Below, one piece after another: positions 17,537-25,216 of a stretch of DNA of 64,000 nt (positions are counted from its first letter, which is position 1; each line of letters begins with the position of its first letter). Made by a program: the position numbers and the translations under genes. The stretch comes from an uncultured Verrucomicrobiota bacterium (lineage in GTDB: Bacteria; Verrucomicrobiota; Verrucomicrobiia; Limisphaerales; CAYMCQ01). A model generated the notes under the pieces. The model was not told where the DNA came from, searched no databases, and saw only the letters and a list, made by a program, of their open reading frames with translations. The stretch spans positions 1 to 64,000 of the forward strand of contig CAYMCQ010000011.1 in assembly GCA_964389025.1 (NCBI GenBank), read 5' to 3'.

Positions 17537-17887
17537 ATGAGTCGCGCAGCTATGCTGAAGATTGGAGTGACTGCGCTTGTCACATTGCTTGTGACTATTT
17601 CTTTGCCCTTTTCGGTTGTGATTTGGGCTTTTGCAGGTGCAGGAAACTTACCAGGTTGGTTGATTTTTCCGTGGTATGTTATTTCGCTCTGTTTCGTAGA
17701 TACCCCAAACCCACCAACGTTCTGTTTAACCTATCTTCAATGTGTCATCTACGGATTGATTTTAGGGCAGGCATGGGTGAGAGAGAGATTAGGAAAAACC
17801 GCAATTTGGTTAGCCGTCGTCCATGTAGTTGCAATCATCGTAGCCGCCGTCGTGTGGCAATACACTGGTCTTCAGTGGCCGTGGTAA
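17537..17887 (+). CDS. hypothetical small membrane protein in a low-GC segment
   Basis: 116 aa from MSRAAMLKIG with 3-4 TM helices. Local GC is about 45% against about 58% in the surroundings. No homology recognised. Confidence 0.45.
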   Translation: MSRAAMLKIGVTALVTLLVTISLPFSVVIWAFAGAGNLPGWLIFPWYVISLCFVDTPNPPTFCLTYLQCVIYGLILGQAWVRERLGKTAIWLAVVHVVAIIVAAVVWQYTGLQWPW

Positions 17888-17960
17888 TTAACCTAATTGA
17901 GCGATTGGCAATCGAAAATCTTATTCCCGAATTTCAAATTCAATTATGAGCGCCGGCGAT

Positions 17961-18130
17961 TTAAAACTTATTCTTCCTATACGCTCCCATCTCCGGCGCT
18001 TCGGGATTCACTTCCGGGCCGAAGTAACGCAGCGTGACGAGCGGTTCGGTGTCGCTCGTGTTCTCGAACGTCACGCCGGCTTTCGCGCCGTCTTCGGTGC
18101 AGAAATATTCGTCCTCGGTCAGTTCGTGGA
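17961..18130 (-). pseudogene. 3'-terminal remnant (about 55 codons plus stop) of a paralog of the 19646-20914 gene
   Basis: Translates to ...IRFHELTEDEYFCTEDGAKAGVTFENTSDTEPLVTLRYFGPEVNPEAPEMGAYRKNKF, about 85% nucleotide identity to 19646-19830. No upstream gene body. Confidence 0.8.
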
Positions 18131-18180
18131 AGCGGATGGGTTTACTTGAATTTCGAGGCCGAGCAGCGACGCTGGTTCGT

Positions 18181-19614
18181 TCACGGCGCGGAACGTCCAA
18201 CGCATCGGTCTGCGAAATCCAGATACTGCTCCCAATCGTAATCGGTCAGGTCGTGCTGTCCGTGGCGCAGGTGGTAGCGGATCGTTTCGCCGACCGGTTG
18301 ATCGGGCGGCGGGAGTTGGGTGACGCCCAGCCCGCCGGCATTGAGCAGGCGATAGACCGGCTCCGCGTGGAGCGCGGCAAGGAACTCACCGCGCGGATCA
18401 GCCCAGCGATCTTCCACCGCGCTTGCGACGTAAACCGGCCGTGGGGCAATCAACGCCACGAGTTCATGCTGGTCCACGGGCAGGCGAGATTCGTTGCCGG
18501 CGTATTGGGCGAAGTTCCCGCAAAACCAGTGGGGAAATACACGCGTGATGATGGCCACAGTCTCGCCAAAATTCCGCCGGCTCAACGCCGCTCCGCCACA
18601 ACCGGAGTTGTTCGAAATCACCGCGGCGAACCGCTCGTCGTTGGCCGCCGCCCAGAGCGCCGTCTTGCCCATGCGCGAATGTCCGATGACAATCACCCGC
18701 CGCGCGTCTACATCCGGTGCCGACTCGAAATAATCCATGGCGCGGCTCAATCCCCAGGCCCAAAGGCCGAGTGCGCCGGTCTCCGTGGATTGCGGCGGGC
18801 CGGGCTGCGTGCGGCCAAACAACCGGGCCACACCCTGCCAGTAGTTCGTCGCTGAATCCGGGGCCAGATGCTCGATGTTCAGTGAGACCAGTCCGTAACC
18901 GCGAGCCAGGATTCGATCCGCAGTTGCCTCACCGATGCGCGCCTTCTCGTCGGGCGCGGGTTTTGGCGTGCCCGGAATTAGGCGCGCCACTGCCGGTCGC
19001 GGATGCGCGTGCAAGGTGTCGAAGACATGAATGCCGACGAACACCGGCACAGGTTTGGGCGCGTGGTTCGGGAGGAACAGGGTGAAACGCACCGCCGTGC
19101 CATTGGTCGCCGCGGTGACATCCACTTCCACGTCCCGCCGGGTCGCACGGCCTTCCAGCGCATTGCGGTCCTCCTGGACGACGCGGAAGCGTTCTTTGGA
19201 AGGACGAGGTGGTGGTTTGCCATAAACCTCCTGTTGAAACAGCCCCAGGATTTCCGGGCGACGGAAGCGATGCCACATCGCGGCGTTGGTCACGCTCCGA
19301 CCGTCTTGCATCCGCAACGGATCAGGCAGCGTGAACGAACCGACCTTGGCTTCATCGTAATTCACTTCAGCGGCTGTGCCAGAAACCGCGAGAGCGACGA
19401 ACAAAAGTCCCGTGAGCCTCGCCGGGGTTCGCGCAAAGCTGCGAGGTCCAACATTGAACGCGCATCGGGGCCATGAACGGATGAGGGCTTCCGTTGTCGC
19501 GTCAGCGTCTTGGAGTGCGCCAGTCCTCTGGCGCTTTAAGAACGCGAGCCCTCTAATCGAAAGCGCCAGAGGGCTGGCGCAGTCCAAAACCTTGCGGAAC
19601 ATCGGTTGGTTCAT
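18181..19614 (-). CDS. alpha/beta-hydrolase, glucuronoyl-esterase (CE15)-like
   Basis: Signal-peptide region, then VIVIGHSRMGKTALWAAA, resembling the CE15 G-C-S-R-x-G nucleophile motif. About 470 aa. Start is uncertain (the 18181..19653 ORF overlaps the upstream stop). Confidence 0.55.
   Translation of the reverse strand: MNQPMFRKVLDCASPLALSIRGLAFLKRQRTGALQDADATTEALIRSWPRCAFNVGPRSFARTPARLTGLLFVALAVSGTAAEVNYDEAKVGSFTLPDPLRMQDGRSVTNAAMWHRFRRPEILGLFQQEVYGKPPPRPSKERFRVVQEDRNALEGRATRRDVEVDVTAATNGTAVRFTLFLPNHAPKPVPVFVGIHVFDTLHAHPRPAVARLIPGTPKPAPDEKARIGEATADRILARGYGLVSLNIEHLAPDSATNYWQGVARLFGRTQPGPPQSTETGALGLWAWGLSRAMDYFESAPDVDARRVIVIGHSRMGKTALWAAANDERFAAVISNNSGCGGAALSRRNFGETVAIITRVFPHWFCGNFAQYAGNESRLPVDQHELVALIAPRPVYVASAVEDRWADPRGEFLAALHAEPVYRLLNAGGLGVTQLPPPDQPVGETIRYHLRHGQHDLTDYDWEQYLDFADRCVGRSAP
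19509..19600. repeat. second locus of the GCGCCAG-CCCT-CTGGCGC hairpin repeat family
   Basis: cttggagtgcgccagtcctctggcgctttaagaacgcgag plus gaaagcgccagagggctggcgcagtccaaaaccttgcggaac, matching 7015-7119. Confidence 0.75.
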
Positions 19615-19645
19615 GGAAAACTCCGTGTCAATCGCGGTTCGATGC

Positions 19646-20914
19646 TCACGCAAATTTGTTCTTCCGATACGCGCCCATCGCCGGGGCGGCAGGATTCACC
19701 TCGGGTCCGAAATAGCGCAGCGTGACCAGCGGTTCGGTGTCGCTTGTGTTCTCGAACGTCACGCCCGCTTTCGCGCCGTCTTCGGTGCAGAAATATTCGT
19801 CCTCGGTCAGTTCGTGGAAGCGGATGAGCTTGGGTGAATTGAGCGGCTGGCCGTTGATGGTGCCTTTGCCTTGCACGCAGATGAGGCCGTAAGCGCCGTT
19901 GTCTTTGATGGTGCATTTCGCGCCGGGATCAACGGTCAGTTCCTTCGCGGTGAAAAGTTGTTCGCCGGAAATTTTCCCATAGACGATCCAGCGGTCAACG
20001 AAACCTTCCTTGCGCGTGTCAGCAGCGGGCACGGGTTCGAGGTAATGGTTGTCCTTGAAATGCGCGTCGGTGTTGCCGGCCCAATCGAGTTGGTTGACGA
20101 TGAAATCCAGATCGCGATGCTTGGACTTCGGCATGTCTTTCACGAGCAGCGACCACGGCACGTAACGGCCTTCGACGAGGTTTTGATACATGCCGAAAAC
20201 GTCGCTGCCCCATTGCGGCTCGTAGGTGCAGAGCGAACCGGGCGCGTGAAGAATGCACGGCGGAATGAGCCAGCCGGTGCCGGGCTTCAGCCGATACGCG
20301 CGCGACAAATCGAGGATGCCGTTGTCGCCCTTGTTCCAGTTTTCGAGGCAGCGGCGGACTTGCGCTTTCGTCGTGCCCGGCTCAAGTCCCATGAAAGTGT
20401 AAGGAAAATTATTGACGACGTTGTTGTGTTGCGGCGGAAAATAATACGACTCCGGCTTGCCTTCCTGTCCGACGAGCGCGGCCTGCTTCTGGTTCTGGTG
20501 CATGTGATGCGGAATCGGCCCCATGTTGTCGAAGAACTTGGAATAGACCGGCCACTTTTTGTATTTCTTCCAAATCTTTTCGCCGATGATCGTGCTGCCG
20601 GATTCCGCTATGGCTTGTTGCAACGTGAATCGTTGTTTGCCGACGACGCAATAAGTCAGTCCCTCGTCAGCCGCGCGGCCTTCGTTGGCGGTGGGCGTCG
20701 TGGAGGCGAACCAGCGCTCATCAATGCCGCCGCGATTCAGGCCGTAGGCGTAGGTGTCGTCGGGATGGAGCTTGATGCGCAGGCCCGGCTGAAGGAACGA
20801 GCGCGGCACCCAGTTCGGCGCGAGGCGGAGCAGTCCGCCGGTATCGGAAATTTCTCCTTCGACAAGGTTCTTGACGTTTTTGGAAATGGTTTTGAGTTGG
20901 TTGACGGTGTTCAT
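19646..20914 (-). CDS. hypothetical protein (422 aa), possibly a cupin-like sugar-binding enzyme
   Basis: Long well-formed ORF. The start is at the internal ATG (MNTVNQLK) because the upstream part of the six-frame ORF is encoded by the palindromic element. A 3' remnant of a paralog sits at 17961-18130. Confidence 0.55.
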   Translation of the reverse strand: MNTVNQLKTISKNVKNLVEGEISDTGGLLRLAPNWVPRSFLQPGLRIKLHPDDTYAYGLNRGGIDERWFASTTPTANEGRAADEGLTYCVVGKQRFTLQQAIAESGSTIIGEKIWKKYKKWPVYSKFFDNMGPIPHHMHQNQKQAALVGQEGKPESYYFPPQHNNVVNNFPYTFMGLEPGTTKAQVRRCLENWNKGDNGILDLSRAYRLKPGTGWLIPPCILHAPGSLCTYEPQWGSDVFGMYQNLVEGRYVPWSLLVKDMPKSKHRDLDFIVNQLDWAGNTDAHFKDNHYLEPVPAADTRKEGFVDRWIVYGKISGEQLFTAKELTVDPGAKCTIKDNGAYGLICVQGKGTINGQPLNSPKLIRFHELTEDEYFCTEDGAKAGVTFENTSDTEPLVTLRYFGPEVNPAAPAMGAYRKNKFA

Positions 20915-20967
20915 CGCGGAAGGTTTTAGGAGGTTGAAGGAGAATTGAGAAGAAAATTCTTTCCAAA

Positions 20968-21046
20968 ATTTCGGAGGGCGGAGTTCCACGACGCCCTAAT
21001 TTCTTTTCTGAAGATGTCAGGGCGTCGTGGAACTCCGCCCTCCGGT
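20968..21046. repeat. palindromic hairpin element family A, copy 2
   Basis: tcggagggcggagttccacgacgccc ... gggcgtcgtggaactccgccctccgg, identical arms to 12416-12494. Confidence 0.9.
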
Positions 21047-21098
21047 GAGAAAATTCTTCTCGCGTGTTTTGCTTCAATTGTGCAGTTTCATCGTTACC

Positions 21099-21221
21099 AT
21101 GAAGTCCCTCTCACGAAAATTCTCACGTCGCCAATTCATCGCGACGACTGCCGCCGCGCTCGTGGCTTGGACGGCATTATCGCGCGCCGCGGAAGTTGAG
21201 TCAGAGCAACTGGGACAATGA
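21099..21221 (+). CDS. mini-ORF consisting of little more than a twin-arginine (Tat) signal peptide
   Basis: MKSLSRKFSRRQFIATTAAALVAWTALSRA-AEVESEQLGQ. Its stop overlaps the ATG of the DUF1549/1553 gene (ATGA). Confidence 0.3.
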   Translation: MKSLSRKFSRRQFIATTAAALVAWTALSRAAEVESEQLGQ

Positions 21222-23719
21222 GAAGCCAGAGCCTAATTCTGTTTTGTCTGACCGGACTGTTTTTTGCGCGGCCATTAGCGACCAGCATTGCCGCGCCGGG
21301 CCAATCTCTCGAAGCCGCCCGCAGCCATTGGGCGTATCAACCGATAAAAGCCCCCGTGACGCCAAAAGTGAAAGCGGCAAAACGCGCGCAGTCGCCAGTT
21401 GACGCGTTCCTGCTTGCCAAGCTGGAAGAAAAAAATCTTTCGTTCGCACCGCCAGCCGACAAGCGGACCCTTCTCCGCCGTGTTTATTACGATCTCATCG
21501 GGTTGCCGCCGACGTTCAGGGAGATCCAAATCTTCGAGCGCGATCATTCGCGCGATGCGTTTGCGAAAGTTGTGGATCGCCTGCTTGCATCTCCGCGTTA
21601 CGGCGAGCGATGGGCGCGGCACTGGCTGGACGTGGCGCGCTTTGCCGACACGAAAGATCAGGTGCTGGCTTACGGGAAAGATGCGTTGCGTCCTTTCGCC
21701 TACACTTATCGCGATTATGTCATCCGCGCCTTCAACGAAGATTTGCCATTCGATCAATTCATTTGCGACCAGCTCGCGGCTGACCAAGTTGAACCGAAAA
21801 TTCCGCCGTGGCGGCTGGCTGCAATGGGTTTTCTGACGGTCGGTCGAGTCTATGACTCCAATCCGCACGACCAGATTGACGATCAGATTGACACGACGAC
21901 ACGCGGATTTCTCGGCATGACCGTCGCGTGCGCGCGCTGCCACGACCACAAATACGACGCCATTTATCAGAAGGACTATTACGCGCTTTACGGCGTGTTC
22001 GCGAGCACGGAGCGGCCTTACGACCTGCCTTTGATCGAAGATCCAAAAGACGTTGTGGGCGGAACCGAGTTCGAACAACAGCTTGCGAAGGCGCGGCAGG
22101 AATTGGAGCAGCACATTGACGCTGAGTTTGTGAAGCTTACCGAGAATTTCCGCCAGCGCATCGGCGATTACCTTGTTCGCGCCGCGACAACCAAGCCCGA
22201 TATCACCGAGACGACGCAATTTTATCTCTCGCTCGTGCCGGATGATTTTCGTCCGGCGCTCATGTTGCGCACCCGGCGGCTGATTCAGCAGCGGGCAAAC
22301 TCCGACGACCGTATTTTCGGTTTGTGGGCAGACTTGATGGAGCTGCCTGAAGAAAAACTTTCCTCGGACGCGGCTGCAGTTATCGCGGCGAAAAAACAAA
22401 AAGGCCCGACGCAATTCAATGCGCTGGTGGCGGAAGCGTTGTCAAAGGCGACGCTGACAAACAAAGCCTCCGTCGCGCGGGCTTATGGACAATTGCTGCG
22501 TGACATTTACGAGGAATCGAAAAAACCAGTCGCGGGAAGTCCGGGTTTGAATTCCGACCAAAAAGAATTGCTCGACCTTGTGACGGGCAAGGAAAGTCCG
22601 ATTTGGTTCTCGCGCCGCGATGCGCAGCTTCACATGTCCCGCGCCGAGAAAGATCGTTACAACGGCCTCGTTGCGAATCTCGACAAGATTCCTGCCAACG
22701 CCACAAACGCGCCGCCGGCCCGCGCGATGGTCGTCGCAGATTTGGCCGAGCCTTACGAGCCGCACATTTTCAAACGCGGCAATCCGTCGCGTCTCGGTGA
22801 TTCAGTTCCGCGCGGGTTCCTCACTGTTTTGAATGATGGCAACCCGACTCCGTTCAAGCGCGGCAGCGGACGGCTTGAACTGGCGCAGGCCATCGGATCG
22901 GCGAAAAATCCGCTGACCGCGCGGGTTTTTGTGAATCGCGTCTGGATGCATCACTTTGACGAGCCGCTGGTCGCTTCGACGACGGACTTCGGCGCGCGTT
23001 CTGAAAAGCCGGCGAATCTTGAATTGCTCGACTGGCTCGCGTCTGACTTCATCCGCTCTGGCTGGAGCGTAAAACATTTGCATCGAGTGATGCTGTTAAG
23101 TAGTGCGTATCAACAGGGTTCAAGTATTCAGTATTCAGCGTTCAGTAAAACGGGTCGCCCAACTGAAAACCGACCACTGAACACTGAAAACTCCTTGCTC
23201 TCGAACTTCCCGCGTCGGCGACTTGAGGTCGAAGCGATGCGCGACTCGCTGCTTGCGATTTCCGGCCAGCTTGATTTGAAAATGGCGGGTCGTTCCGTCG
23301 AAGGCGCGAGCGATCCGAACAATCATCGTCGCACCATTTACGGACTGGTTGACCGGCAGGATTTGCCGGCGTTTTATCGCGCGTTTGATTTTGCCGCGCC
23401 TGACCAGTGCGCCGAGCGCCGTCCGCGCACGACAGTTCCGCAGCAGGCATTGTTTGCGCTCAATTCGCCTTTCGTGATGGAACAAGCCCGCGCTTTGGCG
23501 GCGCGTCCTGAAATTTTGCGCGAAACGAAACCAGGAAATCGCGTGACCGCGTTGTTCCGCCGGGTGCTTGGCCGTTCGCCAACCAAAAATGAAATCACTT
23601 CCGCGCTTCAATTTATTGACGGCGCAAACCACGACGAGCAAGCCGAAACAGGCCTGATGCCGTGGGAACAATTTGCGCAGGTGTTGTTGATTTCAAATGA
23701 AGCCATCTTTGTAGATTGA
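21218..23719 (+). CDS. DUF1549/DUF1553 domain protein (PSD1-like)
   Basis: An N-terminal signal, the DUF1549 region (WAYQPI...DAFLLAKLEE...RRVYYDLIGLPPT...SPRYGERWARHWLDVARFADT) and a C-terminal DUF1553 region. It is paired with a DUF1501 gene, as is typical in the PVC superphylum. Confidence 0.82.
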   Translation: MRSQSLILFCLTGLFFARPLATSIAAPGQSLEAARSHWAYQPIKAPVTPKVKAAKRAQSPVDAFLLAKLEEKNLSFAPPADKRTLLRRVYYDLIGLPPTFREIQIFERDHSRDAFAKVVDRLLASPRYGERWARHWLDVARFADTKDQVLAYGKDALRPFAYTYRDYVIRAFNEDLPFDQFICDQLAADQVEPKIPPWRLAAMGFLTVGRVYDSNPHDQIDDQIDTTTRGFLGMTVACARCHDHKYDAIYQKDYYALYGVFASTERPYDLPLIEDPKDVVGGTEFEQQLAKARQELEQHIDAEFVKLTENFRQRIGDYLVRAATTKPDITETTQFYLSLVPDDFRPALMLRTRRLIQQRANSDDRIFGLWADLMELPEEKLSSDAAAVIAAKKQKGPTQFNALVAEALSKATLTNKASVARAYGQLLRDIYEESKKPVAGSPGLNSDQKELLDLVTGKESPIWFSRRDAQLHMSRAEKDRYNGLVANLDKIPANATNAPPARAMVVADLAEPYEPHIFKRGNPSRLGDSVPRGFLTVLNDGNPTPFKRGSGRLELAQAIGSAKNPLTARVFVNRVWMHHFDEPLVASTTDFGARSEKPANLELLDWLASDFIRSGWSVKHLHRVMLLSSAYQQGSSIQYSAFSKTGRPTENRPLNTENSLLSNFPRRRLEVEAMRDSLLAISGQLDLKMAGRSVEGASDPNNHRRTIYGLVDRQDLPAFYRAFDFAAPDQCAERRPRTTVPQQALFALNSPFVMEQARALAARPEILRETKPGNRVTALFRRVLGRSPTKNEITSALQFIDGANHDEQAETGLMPWEQFAQVLLISNEAIFVD
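23124..23191. repeat. imperfect palindrome of heptamer-like units (GTATTCAGTATTCAGCGTTCAG ... ACTGAACACTGAAAAC) inserted in frame in the DUF1549/1553 CDS
   Basis: The left and right arms are near reverse complements. The encoded SSIQYSAFSKTGRPTENRPLNTENS is low-complexity. Confidence 0.7.
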
Positions 23720-23725
23720 GTTGCC

Positions 23726-25171
23726 ATGAACCCTTTCGAACATCTTCCACCGCGTTTGCTGACCCGCCGCCAGATGCTTCGGCAGATGGGCACGGGCTTG
23801 GGAATGCTCGGCTTCGCTGCGTTGATGGGCAGGGCAGGTCTGCTTTCGACCGCAAATGCCGCGTCAGCCAATCCTCTCGCCGCGAAACCGCCGCAATTTC
23901 CCGCGCGCGCGAAGCGCATCATCCACATTTACCTCAACGGCGGGCCGTCGCAAGTGGACACGTTTGATCCGAAACCCGCGCTCACGAAATGGGCGGACAA
24001 AACAATTCCCACCGGCAATCTCGCCACCGAACGACCGACCGGCGCGGCTCTCGCGTCGCCGTTCAAGTTTCAGCGTTACGGGAAAAGTGGCCTCGAAGTC
24101 AGCGAAATTTTTTCCAAGACCGCGCAGCACGTTGACGACATTTGTTTCATCCGCTCGATGCAGGCGAACACGCCGAACCACGAGCAATCCATGCGGTTGA
24201 TGAATTGCGGCGACGAACGGTTGTCGCGACCGAGCTATGGCGCGTGGATCACTTATGGCATGGGCACGGAGAACGAAAATCTCCCCGGCTTCATCGCCAT
24301 GTGCCCCGGCCTGCCGGTGTCCGACGTGTCGAACTGGCGTTCCGCTTTTCTGCCCGGCATTTATCAAGGCACGCACATCAACACGAAAAAAACGAACCCG
24401 GAAGAGCTGATCGAAAACATCACAAACGCCCGGCTCACTCGCACCGCGCAACGCCGCCAGCTTGATTTGCTCGCGCAATTCAACGCCGAGCATCAGTCCC
24501 GCCGGGGCGGGAGCGACGACCCGCAGCTTGAAGCGCGCATTCAATCCTTTGAACTCGCTTACCGGATGCAACTCGAAGCCACCGATGCCTTCGACATTTC
24601 GAAGGAGCCTGCGGCGATTCGAGAGATGTATGGTGACAGCGTGCAATGCCGGCAACTTCTCATCGCGCGCCGCCTCGTCGAGCGCGGCGTGCGCGTCGTG
24701 CAATGTTATCACGGCGACGTTCAGCCGTGGGACAGCCACAATGAGATTGAGCAGGACCATCGCAAACTTGCAGGCCAGGTGGATCAGGGAATCTCCGCGC
24801 TGCTCACCGACCTCAAGCAACGCGGCTTGTTGAAGGACACGCTGGTGATTTGCGGCGGCGAATTTGGCAGGACACCGGCGGTTGAAATTCCATCACCCGG
24901 CACGCCCGGCAAAGGCAAGGGCCGCGACCATAATCACTACGGCTTTACCGTCTGGCTCGCCGGCGGTGGCGTGAAGGGCGGTCATGTTTACGGCGCGACG
25001 GATGAGTTCGGTTACCGCGCCGTCGAGAATCCCGTTCACGTCCATGATCTTCACGCAACGATGCTGCACCTGCTCGGCTTCGATCACGAGAAGCTGACTT
25101 ATCGCTACGCAGGGCGCGACTTTCGCCTGACCGACGTGAGTGGCGAAGTTGTGAAAGATATTCTCGCTTAG
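23726..25171 (+). CDS. DUF1501 domain protein (sulfatase-like fold, Tat signal)
   Basis: The RRQMLRQMGTGLGMLGFAAL Tat-type signal, about 480 aa, with DUF1501 conserved blocks (IHIYLNGGPSQVDTFDPKP; CGGEFGRTP). It is the standard partner of DUF1549/1553. Confidence 0.82.
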   Translation: MNPFEHLPPRLLTRRQMLRQMGTGLGMLGFAALMGRAGLLSTANAASANPLAAKPPQFPARAKRIIHIYLNGGPSQVDTFDPKPALTKWADKTIPTGNLATERPTGAALASPFKFQRYGKSGLEVSEIFSKTAQHVDDICFIRSMQANTPNHEQSMRLMNCGDERLSRPSYGAWITYGMGTENENLPGFIAMCPGLPVSDVSNWRSAFLPGIYQGTHINTKKTNPEELIENITNARLTRTAQRRQLDLLAQFNAEHQSRRGGSDDPQLEARIQSFELAYRMQLEATDAFDISKEPAAIREMYGDSVQCRQLLIARRLVERGVRVVQCYHGDVQPWDSHNEIEQDHRKLAGQVDQGISALLTDLKQRGLLKDTLVICGGEFGRTPAVEIPSPGTPGKGKGRDHNHYGFTVWLAGGGVKGGHVYGATDEFGYRAVENPVHVHDLHATMLHLLGFDHEKLTYRYAGRDFRLTDVSGEVVKDILA

Positions 25172-25216
25172 GCAAAATCAAGTTGACCCGCCCTTCAATC
25201 GGCTCAATATCCGCTG

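Noticed and set aside
19871-20929. 352-aa plus-strand ORF
   Set aside because: Antisense to the 422-aa hypothetical gene. Lacks start context. Product is Arg/Ala-rich.
20915-20989. N-terminal 25 codons (MELRPPKFWKEF...) of the 19646 ORF
   Set aside because: Encoded by the palindromic repeat element. The same artefactual MELRPP peptide appears wherever the element is read in that frame (e.g. the 21027 ORF). An internal ATG is used instead.
21275-22414. 379-aa minus-strand ORF
   Set aside because: Antisense to the DUF1549 region. Shadow ORF.
23864-24820. 318-aa minus-strand ORF
   Set aside because: Antisense to the DUF1501 gene. Shadow ORF.
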